63,792 nt of DNA, filler included, from Octopus bimaculoides (GCF_001194135.2; 5 parts of 5 records of this genome joined end to end with filler, not necessarily neighbours in it), one strand, 5' to 3'. Shown: positions 25,839 to 38,768, counted from the whole stretch's first letter. Notes: generated by a model not told the origin, from the letters alone. Translations and numbers: made by a program.

Positions 25839-27270
25839 TCTGTACCGTGCTGATTCTTACTGATATCCAGGACCACGTGGGACACGAACCAATAAAGGAA
25901 TCTCTAATCCGCTATTCTCCCAACTAGAAACCAAGTATCTCTCAAACCACACTTTCTATAAATAACGGATGAGATAGTGTCTCCCTAGGTAAGCTGTCAT
26001 ACAATGCTAGGCGGGGTAGTCACGGCAGGAACATATCTGATCTCAGGGCTATTACATTTGCATTGAAATAGAACACAAAGAGCATGCCAATAAGTATCTC
26101 TATGCGTTCGACATGCTAGAAGTAGCAGCCAACTCCCGCTTGAAGTCACAACCTGTTATCTTTAAAATAACTGGAAAAGATATTGAGGAAAAAGCGCAAG
26201 CGTGGCTGTGTGGTGAGAGATATCCTTTCCAACCACGCGGTTCCAGGTTCAGTCCCACTTTGTTGCGGGTGTCTTCAACATATAACCCGGAGATAATTTG
26301 GTAGACGGAAACTGACACCCGTGGTATATGTGTGGGTGTGTGTATCTGTGTCTGCATGTATCTGTGTGTGTGTATGTGTGTCACTCAGAAGCGCTTGACA
26401 ACCGGTGTCGGCTTGTTTCAGTCTCTGTAACGTAGCGGTTCGGCAAATAGAGAAGGAATAAGTGCCATAGTTAAAAAAAAAACAAATGCTGGGGTCGACG
26501 AAGTTACGCAGCTTCACAACATTTAAACACGCATACACATTAAATACGTCATATTGGTTTTAAATTTTTGCACGAGGCCAGCAATTTCGAGGGCGGGTGT
26601 AAGTCGACTACATCAACCCCAACACTCAACTTGTACTTATTCTATCGACCCCGAAAGGATGAAAGGCAAAATCGACCTCCGCTGAAATTGAACTCAGAAC
26701 GTAAAGACGGACGAAACGCCGCTAAGCATTTCGCTCTGTGTCTTAGAGATTCTGCCGGCTCACCTTCTTCATTGCAATTGTCATATTAATAATGTTTGCA
26801 TTATTTAAGCTGCTTCAAACAAAAATTCTAATTTTGTTTTGGATATTAGATTTTCTCGAATAAGCGGAGATTAAGTAACGATATCAAACCAGAAGAAAAA
26901 TATTAGGTGCCGCTGTTTTCATTATGTTTATTTGCTTGATTGTATGCTGTCGGGGCTCTGAGAGAAATTCTGCCAGGCGGAAAAAAGATTGTTTTCGATC
27001 TCCTACCCACTTATCCACTCTCAGAATTCGAGGAGGCCATTTTTTAAATTTTATTTTAATATTTTAATATTTTTCCACTGTGTGTGCTTTCTTATGTCTG
27101 GCGCTTACTCTATCAAATTTATTTTGCTGTAACGCTAAATTACAGAAGACGTAAACAAACTAACACCAGTCGGTTGTCAAGCGTTGAGAATGGGTGACAA
27201 TCACAAACACAAAGACACGCGAGCACGCACACACATGAACACACATACACACACACACATGAACACACAT

Positions 27271-27301
<31 letters not shown>

Positions 27302-28243
27302 CACACACACATACAATATACGACAGACTTTCACACAGTTTCCGTCTACCAAATTCACTCACAAGGCATTATCTGACCCGGGGCTATATAGTAAGAAGAA
27401 ACTTGCTCAAGGTGTCACGCAGTGAAGCTGAATGCGTAGCCACGTGATTGCAAAGCAAGCTTCTGGGTCACACAGTCATGCCTGCACATGGTTTTCTTTT
27501 TCTTTTTTTTTCTTTTCTTCCGGGGCCAGTCTGATACAAATGGCTCTTCCCTCGAGACATACGTACCAGCTGAACTCTTAGCCTCGTTTTAAGACCCGGT
27601 ACGCAGTAGAATCTCAGAAATTGCTAAAACTGGGAAGCCCATTTTTTACTCCATCAATACTTATTAACAAAAACAAAAAAGAAAAGTATCAACACCTGTT
27701 TATTTGAAATGGGTTTTTGTTTGTTTTATTTTGGGTGGGTGTAGGATTTTTATATATTTTCCCAAATTTTCCTTCTGTTAGCAAATCTTTCGAATATTAA
27801 GCACCCGGTGAAGCACTATTCAATTTACGATATGCTGAGCGACCTACGGGTTGTATGAAAAAAAAATACAAAATATAAAACGAAATACGTTACATAAAGA
27901 ACAAAATCCAATAGCAATATGAATTATACAAAACACGAAATCACTCAACCGAAAAATGAAATGCAGTAGAAACGATTCCGCACACATATTGTTATATAAC
28001 AACACAATTTCTGTCAGATATTTTTAGAAAGTTATTTGTGTATTAAGTATACGCTCCATCTCAATTCAATATATCGTATTCTGGGCAAGTTTCGGGTTAA
28101 TCGAAAAATGAAAATATGTTGCAGTAGAGAGAGAAGGGGGAGAAAATGCAATAGAAATGGAAGTTATACGAAGAGCAAATTCACTTGCACGAAAAACGAA
28201 ATGGAACAATATATATGCAATATACATATATATATGCAATATA

Positions 28244-28296
<53 letters not shown>

Positions 28297-29198
28297 ATAT
28301 ATATATGTATGTATGTATGCATATCTGTATATGTATGTATGTATATTTAAATGTATGTATATAAGTATATTTATATGTGTGTAATCACATTCGCACATAA
28401 TTACATAGCCACGGGATTTTCTTTCATATTTTGGTGGCTATAATAATGATAGATTGGAAAACATAGTGAAAAATATGCTCAAATATTAGTAAGAAATATA
28501 TTTGAATAATAACTGATATATTTTAATAATAAGTTAGTAATATAATTTGATAATATGTTGTAATAATAGTTAATAATATGCTTTGGTAATAGTTAATGAT
28601 ATATTTGAATAGAAGTAATATTTTGAAAATAATACGTGGTGACGGCAGATGAAATGATATCTCGCGGAGATGTGGCCTAACTGGGACTCTGCTTGATGGA
28701 TCGCTCTGAAGGATCCTGGAATATACCGACTAATAGCGAATTCAGCAACGCGCTGCAACGGAGCATGCTCCAACAGCTGACCTGAATGGGGTCAAATTTT
28801 TGACACGAGACCAGCAATTTTATGGGAGGGGTGGTTACTTGATCATATCGACTGTTACTTACTTTATTTACCCTGAGGGGATGTAGAGTAAAGTGGACCT
28901 CGGGAGAATATAATCATAATTATTAATAAAGGTTTAATTGGCATTTTTTCGCTAAATGTAGAGGGATAACAAAAGTGCTTGTTCGGCAATTTCCGTAAAG
29001 AAATTTGTTTTCTTTAATCACTATTTTTCATATATATTTCAAAAAAGATACCATACAGTTAATAAAAAAAGATCGTGCAGACCAGTGTGTAATAATATGT
29101 GGTAATACACACACACTCATATATAAAAGTATGCAGTTAAAAAATGCGTTTTACTCCATTCATTAAATTTATATATATATATATATATATATATAGAT

Positions 29199-29312
<114 letters not shown>

Positions 29313-29315
29313 AAT

Positions 29316-29415
29316 GTACTGGCTTCGGTGGTACATATTCTACAATTGGAACGACCCAGAGAAGCTTAGCTCCTGCACAAGCATGACACAGAGAGTCGTG
29401 AAGCGTTACATATTT
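29316..29415 (+). pseudogene. U6: U6 snRNA pseudogene (near full length)
   Basis: GTACTGGCTTCGGTGGTACATATTCTACAATTGGAACGACCCAGAGAAGCTTAGC..CCTGCACAAGCATGACAC...TCGTGAAGCGTTACATATTT aligns end to end with U6. ACAGAGA box mutated to CCAGAGA, ~5-nt deletion in the ISL, no upstream promoter (preceded by a TA/GATA microsatellite). Confidence 0.9.
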
Positions 29416-29639
29416 GTTTTTAAGATGGCGAGCTGGTAGAATCGTTAGCACGCTGGAGGAAATATTTTGCGCTATTTTGTCCATCTCTACGTTCTGAAGT
29501 TCAAATTACGCCAACTTTGCCTTTCATCTTTTCGAGATTGGAAAATAAAATAGTACCAGTTGAGTACTAGGGTGAACGTAATCGTCTTACCGATTTCTTA
29601 CAAAATTGCTGGCCCTTCGCCAAAATTTGAGACCTATTT

Positions 29640-30065
29640 GTGTCGGCCAGGTCTGACCGTTCTTTCTTGGTTCGACACCAATCCGTGCAACATCTATATT
29701 TCTCCCCTTGCCTGTTAGATATTATGTCCCTGCCGTAAGGCTTTACTTCCCCAGACGCCAGCTTAATTTAATTCGTCCTTAGTTGAAAGACACTCGTTGT
29801 TATATCCTGTTAATTGCATTTGTATTTGTGTAACATTTCTCTGGGTTTTTTTCCGTCCTTGTTTTCGTATACATTCGCTGCTTTCTTCCAAGGAATCTGA
29901 TGCTCTTGGCTTAGTTTTTCTTTGGGGCTGGCCAGATTATAACCAGCCGAAATTGCAAAGATAATCTGGAACTCGACTGAGGATAGAAAACTCCGAATGA
30001 TTCGTCTTTCATTTCTTTGTATCGTCTGTCTGGATGTTTTGCGTTCTTGTCCCATTTTTGTATGA
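29640..30065 (+). repeat. Unclassified interspersed repeat family H
   Basis: High similarity to 56135-56415 and 56930-57435 (CATTCGCTGCTTTCTTCCAAGGAAT...GGAACTCGACTGAGGA); ends in a microsatellite. Confidence 0.75.
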
Positions 30066-30167
30066 TATATATGTGTGTGTGTGTGTGTGTGTGTCTGTGT
30101 GTGTGTGTGTGTGTGTATGTGTGTGTGTATGTATGTATGTATGTATGTATATATATATATATATATA

Positions 30168-30267
30168 NNNNNNNNNNNNNNNNNNNNNNNNNNNNNNNNN
30201 NNNNNNNNNNNTTAATTAATTAANNNNNNNNNNNNNNNNNNNNNNNNNNNNNNNNNNNNNNNNNNNN
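30168..30267. other. Artificial scaffold join (44 N + TTAATTAATTAA + 44 N)
   Basis: Identical 100-bp structure at 30168-30267, 38112-38211, 53445-53544 and 61602-61701; the 12-mer has stops in all six frames. Confidence 0.9.
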
Positions 30268-30468
30268 GACATACAAACACATACACATATACATATATAT
30301 ATATACATATATACGACAGGCTTCTTTCAGTTTCCGTCTACCAAATCCACTCACAAGGCTTTGGTCGGTCCGAGGCTATAGTAGAAGACACTTGCCCAAG
30401 ATGCCACGCAGTGGGACTGAACCCGGGACCATGTAAGAGAAAGAGGGGAGAAGGAGAGAGAGGGGAAA

Positions 30469-30514
<46 letters not shown>

Positions 30515-30861
30515 AACAAAAGAGTAGATATAAACAGATAATAAGAGAGAAGGAGTTATGATGAAAAGCAGTATCAAAAGCAAAAAAACAAAAAAGAAAA
30601 GAACAAAAATGGTCTCACTTGCAGTTTTTCTGCAGCAGAATTCCATAATCAGAATATTTGATGTAGTTGGCATCAATGTAGAGTTTCCTGGGTTTCGCAA
30701 ACCAATAAGAAATATTTCATGCAATTAATTTCTCATGGTATAAGAAAGGTTGGAAGAGGAAGGGGAGGTGAGGTGGGGAAGAAAAGTAAGTAGAGTGATT
30801 ATTAAATTTAATTAACATCAAGATATACAGTGGTTGTATGTGCTTGGGTGGTGCAGCAATT

Positions 30862-30990
30862 AATCCTTTACCATTTAAACTGGTCAAACTATTCTACCTG
30901 TTTTATGTTCCAACTGGTCAGATCTGACCTCTCACACCAACTGTACAATATCATTCTAAAAATTAACAGTTACTTCATTCTTAAAATTAA
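30862..30990 (+). mobile_element. piggyBac-like MITE fragment (same family as 40380-40678)
   Basis: TTAA-TCCTTTACCATTTAAAC...CAGATCTGACCTCTCACACC...TCATTCTAAAA is shared with the 40.4-kb copy. Confidence 0.5.
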
Positions 30991-31252
30991 CAGTGACAAG
31001 GATGGCCCTTTGAATTGAATTACAGGCACAACTTATTCTTGCCAGCTGAGGGGACTGGAATAATGTGAAATAAAGTGTCTTGCTCAAGGACACAATATGT
31101 CACCAGAAATTGAACTCATAACCGTAAGATTATGAGCTGAATATCCCTAACCACCAAACCACACAAGTCATGAACAGCAGCAAGAACTAAAGCACAATAT
31201 ATACAGTCAAGCGGACTGTTGATAGTTAAGTGCCTTGGTTTTGGACAATATA

Positions 31253-31867
31253 TAGGGTGTCCACAAAGTCTGGGTACATGGGATTAACACATACTTTAAG
31301 AAATTATTATTTCTTATATTTAATTGTTTATGTTATGATTTTATTTACTCCATGTACTCACATGGGGATTAACACATACTTTAAGAAATTATTATTTCTT
31401 ATATTTAATTGTATATGTTATGATTTTATTTACTCCATGTACTCACATGGGGATTAACACATGCTTTAAGAAATTATTATTTCTCATATTTAATTGTTTA
31501 TGTTATGATTTTATTTACTCCATATACCCAGACTTTGTGGACACCCTGTACAANNNNNNNNNNATGTTATGATTTTATTTACTCCATGTACTCACATGGG
31601 GATTAACACATGCTTTAAGAAATTATTATTTCTCATATTTAATTGTTTATGTTATGATTGTATTTACTCCATGTACCCACATGGGGATTAACACATGCTT
31701 TAAGAAATTATTATTTCTTATATTTAATTGTATATGTTATGATTTTATTTACTCCATGTACTCACATGGGGATTAACACATGCTTTAAGAAATTATTATT
31801 TCTCATATTTAATTGTTTATGTTATGATTTTATTTACTCCATATACCCAGACTTTGTGGACACCCTG
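31253..31867. mobile_element. Tc1/mariner-type MITE with tandemly amplified 85-bp core
   Basis: TIR (C/T)AGGGTGTCCACAAAGTCTGGGTA with TA TSD; internal 85-bp units (31361, 31446, ...). Right end occurs twice (31548, 31867) across a small N gap, probably an assembly overlap. Confidence 0.8.
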
Positions 31868-32693
31868 TACAATAAGCTACCCCACACTGTGTTACCTATA
31901 TACAACTAAGTGCATTGAACACTTGACCATAATTGTGTTGGTCATGGACAAAGTACAGTGAACTGTACCACACTGTGTTACCTCTTTATTACTAGCTGAA
32001 CTCAACAGTTGATTGTCAGTGTGTTGGTTATAAATACAGTACAGTGAACTGTACTACACTGTGGCTAGTCTTATGGTTAAGTAGAAAGCTACATTAGGTA
32101 TCTTACTTAATGATGCAATGCAATTTGTAAGAAAACAAATATGAAACAATGCAGGAACAAAATGTTATACAAACAACATGTTAAATAATTAAAATGTATA
32201 AATTATTCTAACTTGGGTTGAAATCCTCCAAATGCAACAGAAAGATACAATTAAAATATTAATAGAAACAAAAACTTACTTGAGGTTAGAACATTTGGGA
32301 AGAAAGGACGCCAAAGTCTGTATGGAATCTTGATCAAGACCTGTGTCCCAAAGACTGTCAAGTTGAATATATACATATACATATACATATATATATATAT
32401 ATTATTAAAAAATATGGCAAAAAATCATATATTAATTAATATTGATTAATTACCAGGAAGCTAGCACATTTAAAGAATCAAAGAGATTCAGAAACAGTAT
32501 CTGCAATCTCAGGGGATTAAAGTACATTTTTATATATGACGTTGACCACTAACGTGGACATTCAATGTGCTAGAAATAGATCACATCTTGTGTCTAATAA
32601 GACCTAAATTGTTCTCAACAATACATATATACATACTTATATATATATATGTATATATATATATGTATATATGTACATACACACACACATATA

Positions 32694-33251
32694 TGAGGTG
32701 AAGTTGAAAATTATTTGCACTTTTGCCATAACATATCTTTATTATTGTCATATTGCCTTCTGCGCATGTGTGTTTATAGTTGGCATTATTGTGGTCACAT
32801 GATTGAAGTTTGAGCCTGATCACATCACTATCACTGTCTCTTGAGCTTGTTGAATCTTCTCGTCATTGGTGGAGGTTGATGGGTGTCCTGCTCCCTCTTC
32901 GTACATCACACTTGTCCAGCCACTTTTAAACTTCTTGATCCACTCATACATATTTCTATGCAGTAGTGCACTGTCCCCATATTGTGCTAAAAGCCTCCAA
33001 TGAATTTCAGTACTTGACACACCTTGCGACTAGAGAAATTAGATAACTGCTCCTTGTTCTTTAGTGCATGTTGCTAGTGGTGTGGCCATGCTTACACTGT
33101 AAAGCCAGAAATAAATATGGTGTGATCAGGCTCAAACTGCGATCACATGAACACAATAGTACCAACTATAAATATGCATGCGTAGGAGGCTGTGTGACAA
33201 TAACAAAGATATGTTATGGTGAAAATGCAGATAATTTTTGACTTCCCCTCA
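32694..33251 (-). mobile_element. Non-autonomous mariner (558 bp) with ~133-bp TIRs
   Basis: TA TSDs; 32694-32826 is inverted to 33119-33251. Interior encodes only the N-terminal HTH (STEIHWRLLAQYGDSALLHRNMYEWIKKFKSG...GHPSTS) with stops. Confidence 0.85.
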
Positions 33252-33366
33252 TATATATACATGAGTGGGTGGACAAATGAAAGAAAAGGGCACTCAACAC
33301 ATTTAGCAGGAGTTACATCAAAACTGTTTTAAATAACAACAACAACAACAACAATAGTAATAATAA

Positions 33367-33397
<31 letters not shown>

Positions 33398-33579
33398 ATG
33401 TATATGTATGTATGTAAAGGCGGAGGTGTGGCTGTGTGGTAAGAACCTTGCTTCCCAACCACATGGTTCTGGGTTCAGTCCTGCTGCATGTCACGTTGGG
33501 CAGGTATCTTCTACTTTAGCCTCAGGCTGCCTAAAGCCTTGTGAGTGGGTTTGGTAGGCAGAAACTGAAAGAAGCCCGT

Positions 33580-33621
<42 letters not shown>

Positions 33622-34537
33622 TCAGTAAATAGTGGGGTTGTGTTAACCACACGTGGAGAAATAATAGGAAAATGAAAAATAATAATAAGGCAGAATGCTA
33701 AACTGAAAGCATATTTNNNNNNNNNNNNNNNNNNNNNNNNNNNNNNNNNNNNNNNNNNNNNNNNNNNNNNNNNNNNNNNNNNNNNNNNNNNNNNNNNNNN
33801 NNNNNNNNNNNNNNNNNNNNNNNNNNNNNNNNNNNNNNNNNNNNNNNNNNNNNNNNNNNNNNNNNNNNNNNNNNNNNNNNNNNNNNNNNNNNNNNNNNNN
33901 NNNNNNNNNNNNNNNNNNNNNNNNNNNNNNNNNNNNNNNNNNNNNNNNNNNNNNNNNNNNNNNNNNNNNNNNNNNNNNNNNNNNNNNNNNNNNNNNNNNN
34001 NNNNNNNNNNNNNNNNNNNNNNNNNNNNNNNNNNNNNNNNNNNNNNNNNNNNNNNNNNNNNNNNNNNNNNNNNNNNNNNNNNNNNNNNNNNNNNNNNNNN
34101 NNNNNNNNNNNNNNNNNNNNNNNNNNNNNNNNNNNNNNNNNNNNNNNNNNNNNNNNNNNNNNNNNNNNNNNNNNNNNNNNNNNNNNNNNNNNNNNNNNNN
34201 NNNNNNNNNNNNNNNNNNNNNNNNNNNNNNNNNNNNNNNNNNNNNNNNNNNNNNNNNNNNNNNNNNNNNNNNNNNNNNNNNNNNNNNNNNNNNNNNNNNN
34301 NNNNNNNNNNNNNNNNNNNNNNNNNNNNNNNNNNNNNNNNATATATATATATATATATATACATATATATATTTAAGTACAAGTGAGGATACATAAACCT
34401 CAGAGGGATAGAAATATCCAAGATTAGACTGGTTGAATACCTTATAATATAGGGATACACATATATATTACTATCATAAAAACCAAGAGAGGAGATGGAG
34501 ATAAGATTAATAAGAATTTATTAATACATTGACAAGA

Positions 34538-34640
34538 CTTACAGTTGTTTCAGTTCATTGCTTATAGTATAAAATCAATCAAATTTAATTTAACTAAATC
34601 AATTTGGTTAATTATTATAAGCCAGAGTATCATCAAGGAA
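34538..34640 (-). ncRNA. Hammerhead-like motif with long AT-rich stem II (Penelope pLTR-type repeat)
   Basis: Minus strand TTC-CTTGATGA-TACTCTG-GCTTATA...TATAAGC-AATGAACT-GAAA-CAACTG-TA-AG: CYYGANGA-type core, 7-bp inner stem, near-palindromic ACA(A)CTGT, GUA triplet. Stem closures are imperfect. Confidence 0.45.
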
Positions 34641-34907
34641 GAAGGTACATATCATATTGAAAATATAATGAAAACATTAAATAATCAAACAGGAAAAATA
34701 CAGTGTACCATTAAAATTAATACATAATATGAAAATATATACAGTTATAAAAGTAACTATTGTCATAAATTAATATAAATAACAATAATGTTAATGCAGA
34801 CATACCCATGCAAAAATATGATAAATGGTGATATATGAAAAAAAACAATAGACAGCTTATTGAATTACGGGAATAGAGAAGTGAAATCATTTGGTATTTC
34901 ATATATA

Positions 34908-35590
34908 TTAGGTTGACAACTAAGTTCCCGCCGTTTTTTTTAATTAAAATTTTTTAAAAGGTTTAATAAAAAATAACAACTAATTAATCAATAATGTATT
35001 CACCCTTGTTGTTTACAACTTCTTCCCATTGTTCAACAAGATTTTCAATACCTCGTTGGTAGAAATCACCCGATTTCCACTTGAAAGATTGATCCAACCA
35101 AGCTCTCAATTCTGCATCAGTATTGAATGAAACTCCGCGCATAGCATTTGAAAGAGATCAAAAGAGGTAGAAATCCGTTGGTGCTAAATCAGGATAGTAC
35201 GGCGGGTGTGGTAGCACTTCTCAGCCATGCGTTTGAATGGCTTCCTTGGTCATATTGGCAATATGAGGGTGGGCGTTGTCGTGCAGCAGAAGAACTCCAT
35301 GCTGACGATTAGGTCTTTTCTCTTGAATAACCATGTTGAGTCGTTTCATCTGTTGAATATAGAGTTCCGTGTTGACCGTTTGCTTCCGTTCAAGCAATTC
35401 GTAATGGATAATCCCTTCCTAGTCCCACCATATGCACAACATCGTTTTATGTGGATGAAGATCTTGTTTCATGCATGGTGTCGCTTGTTTACCGGGGCTA
35501 AGCCATTCCTTACACTGCTTCATATTGATGTAAAGGCACCATTTTTTGTCGCCAGTTTGCCAATGTTCTACAGTATAAGGATCAGCAGCA
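34908..35590 (-). mobile_element. Mariner (DD34D) transposase C-terminal half plus 3' TIR, pseudogenised
   Basis: TA|TTAGGTTGACAACTAAGTTCC TIR; TGDKKW, HPHKTMLCIWWD, LLHDNAHPH and PHPPYYPDLAPTDFYLF motifs with several stops. Confidence 0.9.
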
Positions 35591-35639
35591 TGAAATGTTT
35601 TGGGTTGCAAGATAGTTTATCAGAGAGAATCAAGATGTT

Positions 35640-35890
35640 GTAGGTGTATGGATGAATGGATGGAGAAGGATACACTTGCACTTAGTGTTTCTGAAAAGAA
35701 AAAGGGATGGAAGTGCTACAGTTAAAGGCTTATAAATGTGGAGAATGCATGGGAGAAAGTTTTCTCGATGTGACCCAACAGAAGAACCAACCATTCTAGT
35801 TAATAGCAGTATGGTAGATAAAGTAATTAAGAATATGAAGAATGAGAAAGCCTCTGATCCATCAGGAGTCACTTGATGAGATGCTTGAAA
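35640..35890 (+). mobile_element. RTE-type LINE ORF fragment (pre-RT region)
   Basis: Frameshifted LALSVSEKK / RLINVENAWEK / DPTEEPTILVNSSMVDKVIKNMKNEKASDPSGVT, resembling the KAxGPxGIxxEMLK segment. Confidence 0.6.
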
Positions 35891-37004
35891 TATAATAAAG
35901 CTGTAAATAAAGTCTATTATCAATGAATAAGTCTTCCTAGAGCATCATGGAAAAATGAACATAAAATGAATGAACACACACACACACATTCTAGTCAAAG
36001 TGAGTACTACTTTATTGTTGGTCAATGTAATAGATATAGCAACTAAATCTCCTTCAAATCCTTCCATAACTACTGGCTCTAGTGGTAGATGGTCACTTTT
36101 GTTTAACCTCAACTCAACTTTGACCAAGGAGACCTATTATCAAATGCATTCTAGCCACAACCATCACCATTTTTCTGGTTTTCAAGCTATGGCTGGTCAT
36201 TACTCCCAGAATACAATAAACTTTGGGCAGAACATCATGCTTTGCTCTCTGTGAGTTACTCTGTATAATTAAAAACACAACATCACCTGATAAGATTTAA
36301 TTTTTCCAAGGAGACCCAACATTTCTGAAATATCTTTAGGTATTTCTCATCAACTTTCCAACCTGTCAATAATTAATTAAATTAAAGGGAGTCAGAGAAA
36401 ATATGGTTTCATATAATGGTCAAAACAATATACAGTAAAAATATAAGCAAAAATAATTCAACTTTTTACATCAAACAATGAAGACTAAAATAACACCTTA
36501 CAAAAATTGTGTTTATTGCTATCTGTGTATCAGATTAAATGTATATACACTGCTAAAAGGCATAATGTAGTGGAATTATCAGAGATAAAAATCTTTTCAT
36601 AGACTTAATGTATTAAAAGCACACTAGACATCAGAGTGAGATGAACACTATCAATGCAAGACTCACAGGAACAACAGTGGCATTTCACCTTTGTTGAGGA
36701 TCGTCAATGTTATGCACCTAATAATCACTAGCTTAAATGAAATTCATGCTTTGAATATATTGGAAACTGTGATTAAACATTCACTGGTATTGTAGAAATT
36801 TGCCAGGATATAGGAAATACTTGGTGTAAGTAAATGAAACAGATGGCAATTTTAATTTAATGCAAACATTAAACTAAAATTGTCACCTGTGTATCGTACT
36901 AAATGTATGTGTACAATTAGAAGCTATAAAGCTGTGAAATTGTCTGAGATAGAATCATCTCTTCCTAGACTTGTGTTAAAAACACAATATATATATGTGG
37001 TCAC

Positions 37005-37270
37005 CTTACTGGCACTTGTGCCGGTGGCATGTGAAAAAACATTCGAGCGAGATCATTGCCAGTGCCGCTGGACTAGCTCCTGTGCAGGTGGCACGTAAAA
37101 GCACCCACTACACTCTCGGAGTGGTTGGCATTAGGAAGGGCATCCAGCTGTAGAAACTCTGCCAAATCAGATTGGAGCCTGGTGTAGCCATCTGGGTCGC
37201 CAGTCCTCAGTGAAATTGTCCAACCCATGCTAGCATGGAAAGCAGATGTTAAACGATGATGATGATGATT
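37005..37270 (+). mobile_element. SINE/LINE 3'-end repeat family G with (GAT)n tail
   Basis: GTTGGCATTAGGAAGGGCATCCAGCTGTAGAAAC...CCATGCTAGCATGGAAAGC..GTTAAA-(GAT)n; second copy at 43356-43536. Confidence 0.75.
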
Positions 37271-37820
37271 ATATATATACATATATATACTGGAGCTAGA
37301 TGAACATTGTTGCTGCAGTCATTCATGAGAATGAGAGACATGTTTCACTTTTCTTGAAGACTGTCAGTAATGTGCATCTGACATTTCCCTGCTTAAATGA
37401 AATTCATACCTTGATATATAGGAAACAAAGCTTATCTTTTATTAAATGTCTTGAGATAATCCAAGGTCTCTAGTGACCAGAGCTGATCACGTGTCTGCAT
37501 CTGAAATTTTACTCTCCAAGATGTGGGCTTGGGCAAGGTTTTTCATAGAAGGCCACACATGTCTCTACTCGCTAAGAAATTATTTTATTTTTCGGGTTTC
37601 ATCTATTGTGTAGAGAATGTGTAATGTCTGATATTTTGTTGGGTGTTGTTTCTTTTTTTGTATGAGCTGTCAAGAAGTTATGATGATGGAAGCAGTGGAT
37701 GTTATGATTGTGCTGATGGTGGTATTGGCTGTGGTGCTGATGATGTTGACAATAATGTTAATGATAATGGTGTTTGTGATGTTGATGTCCATGATGGCGA
37801 TGGTGAAGCTGATGGCTACT

Positions 37821-37866
<46 letters not shown>

Positions 37867-38111
37867 GACAAGAGTATCAAACCTACAAAGACCCATAAAC
37901 TAAAGAAAAAATATAATATGAAAACCATAGTTGACATTGATGCCACCATAGAAACCATCAAGCAAAAGGTATGTGCTAAAGCTGCCCGCATAGCAAGGTA
38001 TGAAAAGCGTGTTAGATTCTTCCGAGATAATAACATGTTCAAAAATAACCCCAAAAATTTCTACAGGAAGATAGGGAAAACACCAGTAACAATAAAGTCT
38101 GTCCCATCAAA
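37867..38111 (+). mobile_element. R4/Dong-clade non-LTR retrotransposon ORF fragment
   Basis: IETIKQKVCAKAARIARYEKRVRFFRDNNMFKNNPKNFYRKIG resembles the pre-RT region of R4/Dong ORFs. Starts directly after (TAA)n 37822-37866 and is cut by a scaffold join. Confidence 0.7.
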
Positions 38112-38360
38112 NNNNNNNNNNNNNNNNNNNNNNNNNNNNNNNNNNNNNNNNNNNNTTAATTAATTAANNNNNNNNNNNNNNNNNNNNNNNNNNNNNNNNN
38201 NNNNNNNNNNNAAAGAGACTGATAGAATAAGTACTAAGCTTACAGAGAATAAGTCCTGGGGCCGCTTTCTTCAACTAAAAAAACCCTTTGAAGGTAGTGC
38301 TCCAGCATGGCTGCAGCTAAATGGCTAAAAGAAGTAAAAGAAAATATATATATACTTGTT

Positions 38361-38768
38361 ACTCTTTTAATTGTTTCAGTCATTTGACTGTGGCCATGCT
38401 GGAGCACCGCCTTTTAGTCGAGCTAATCGACCCCAGGACTTATTCTTTGTAAGCCTAGTACTTATTCTATCGGTCTCTCTTGCCGAACCGCTAAGTTACG
38501 GGGACGTAAACACACCAGCATCGGCTGTCAAGCGATGTTGGGGCGGGGGGAGACAAACACAGACACAAAAATACATACACACATACATATATACATATAC
38601 ATATATACGACGGGCTTCTTTCAGTTTCCGTCGACCAAATCCACTCACAAGGCTTTGGTCGGCCCGAGGGTATAGCAGAAGACACTTGCCCAAGGTGCCA
38701 CGCAGTGCGACTGAACCCGGAACCATGTGGTTGGTAAGCAAGCTACTTACCACACAACCACTCCTACG
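38361..38768 (-). mobile_element. SINE family C, full-length young copy with internal microsatellite
   Basis: Head, CORE-like block, (TA/TG)n linker and 3' tail all present, CpGs retained; lies tail-to-tail with a + strand tail at 38212-38343. Confidence 0.9.

Noticed and set aside
29316-29415. Functional U6 gene
   Set aside because: Mutated ACAGAGA box, ISL deletion and no upstream PSE/TATA.
29970-30000. CTGAGGA-TA-GAAA in family H as a hammerhead
   Set aside because: Only 2 nt between core and GAAA, so no stem II; no stem I or III found.
31261-31860. 85-bp repeats with palindromic junctions (and the family J arrays) as CRISPR-like arrays
   Set aside because: No unique spacers, bounded by transposon TIRs or dispersed, eukaryotic context, no cas genes.
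35945-36127. SDHLPL as an APE endonuclease motif
   Set aside because: Isolated hexapeptide with no other endonuclease motifs.
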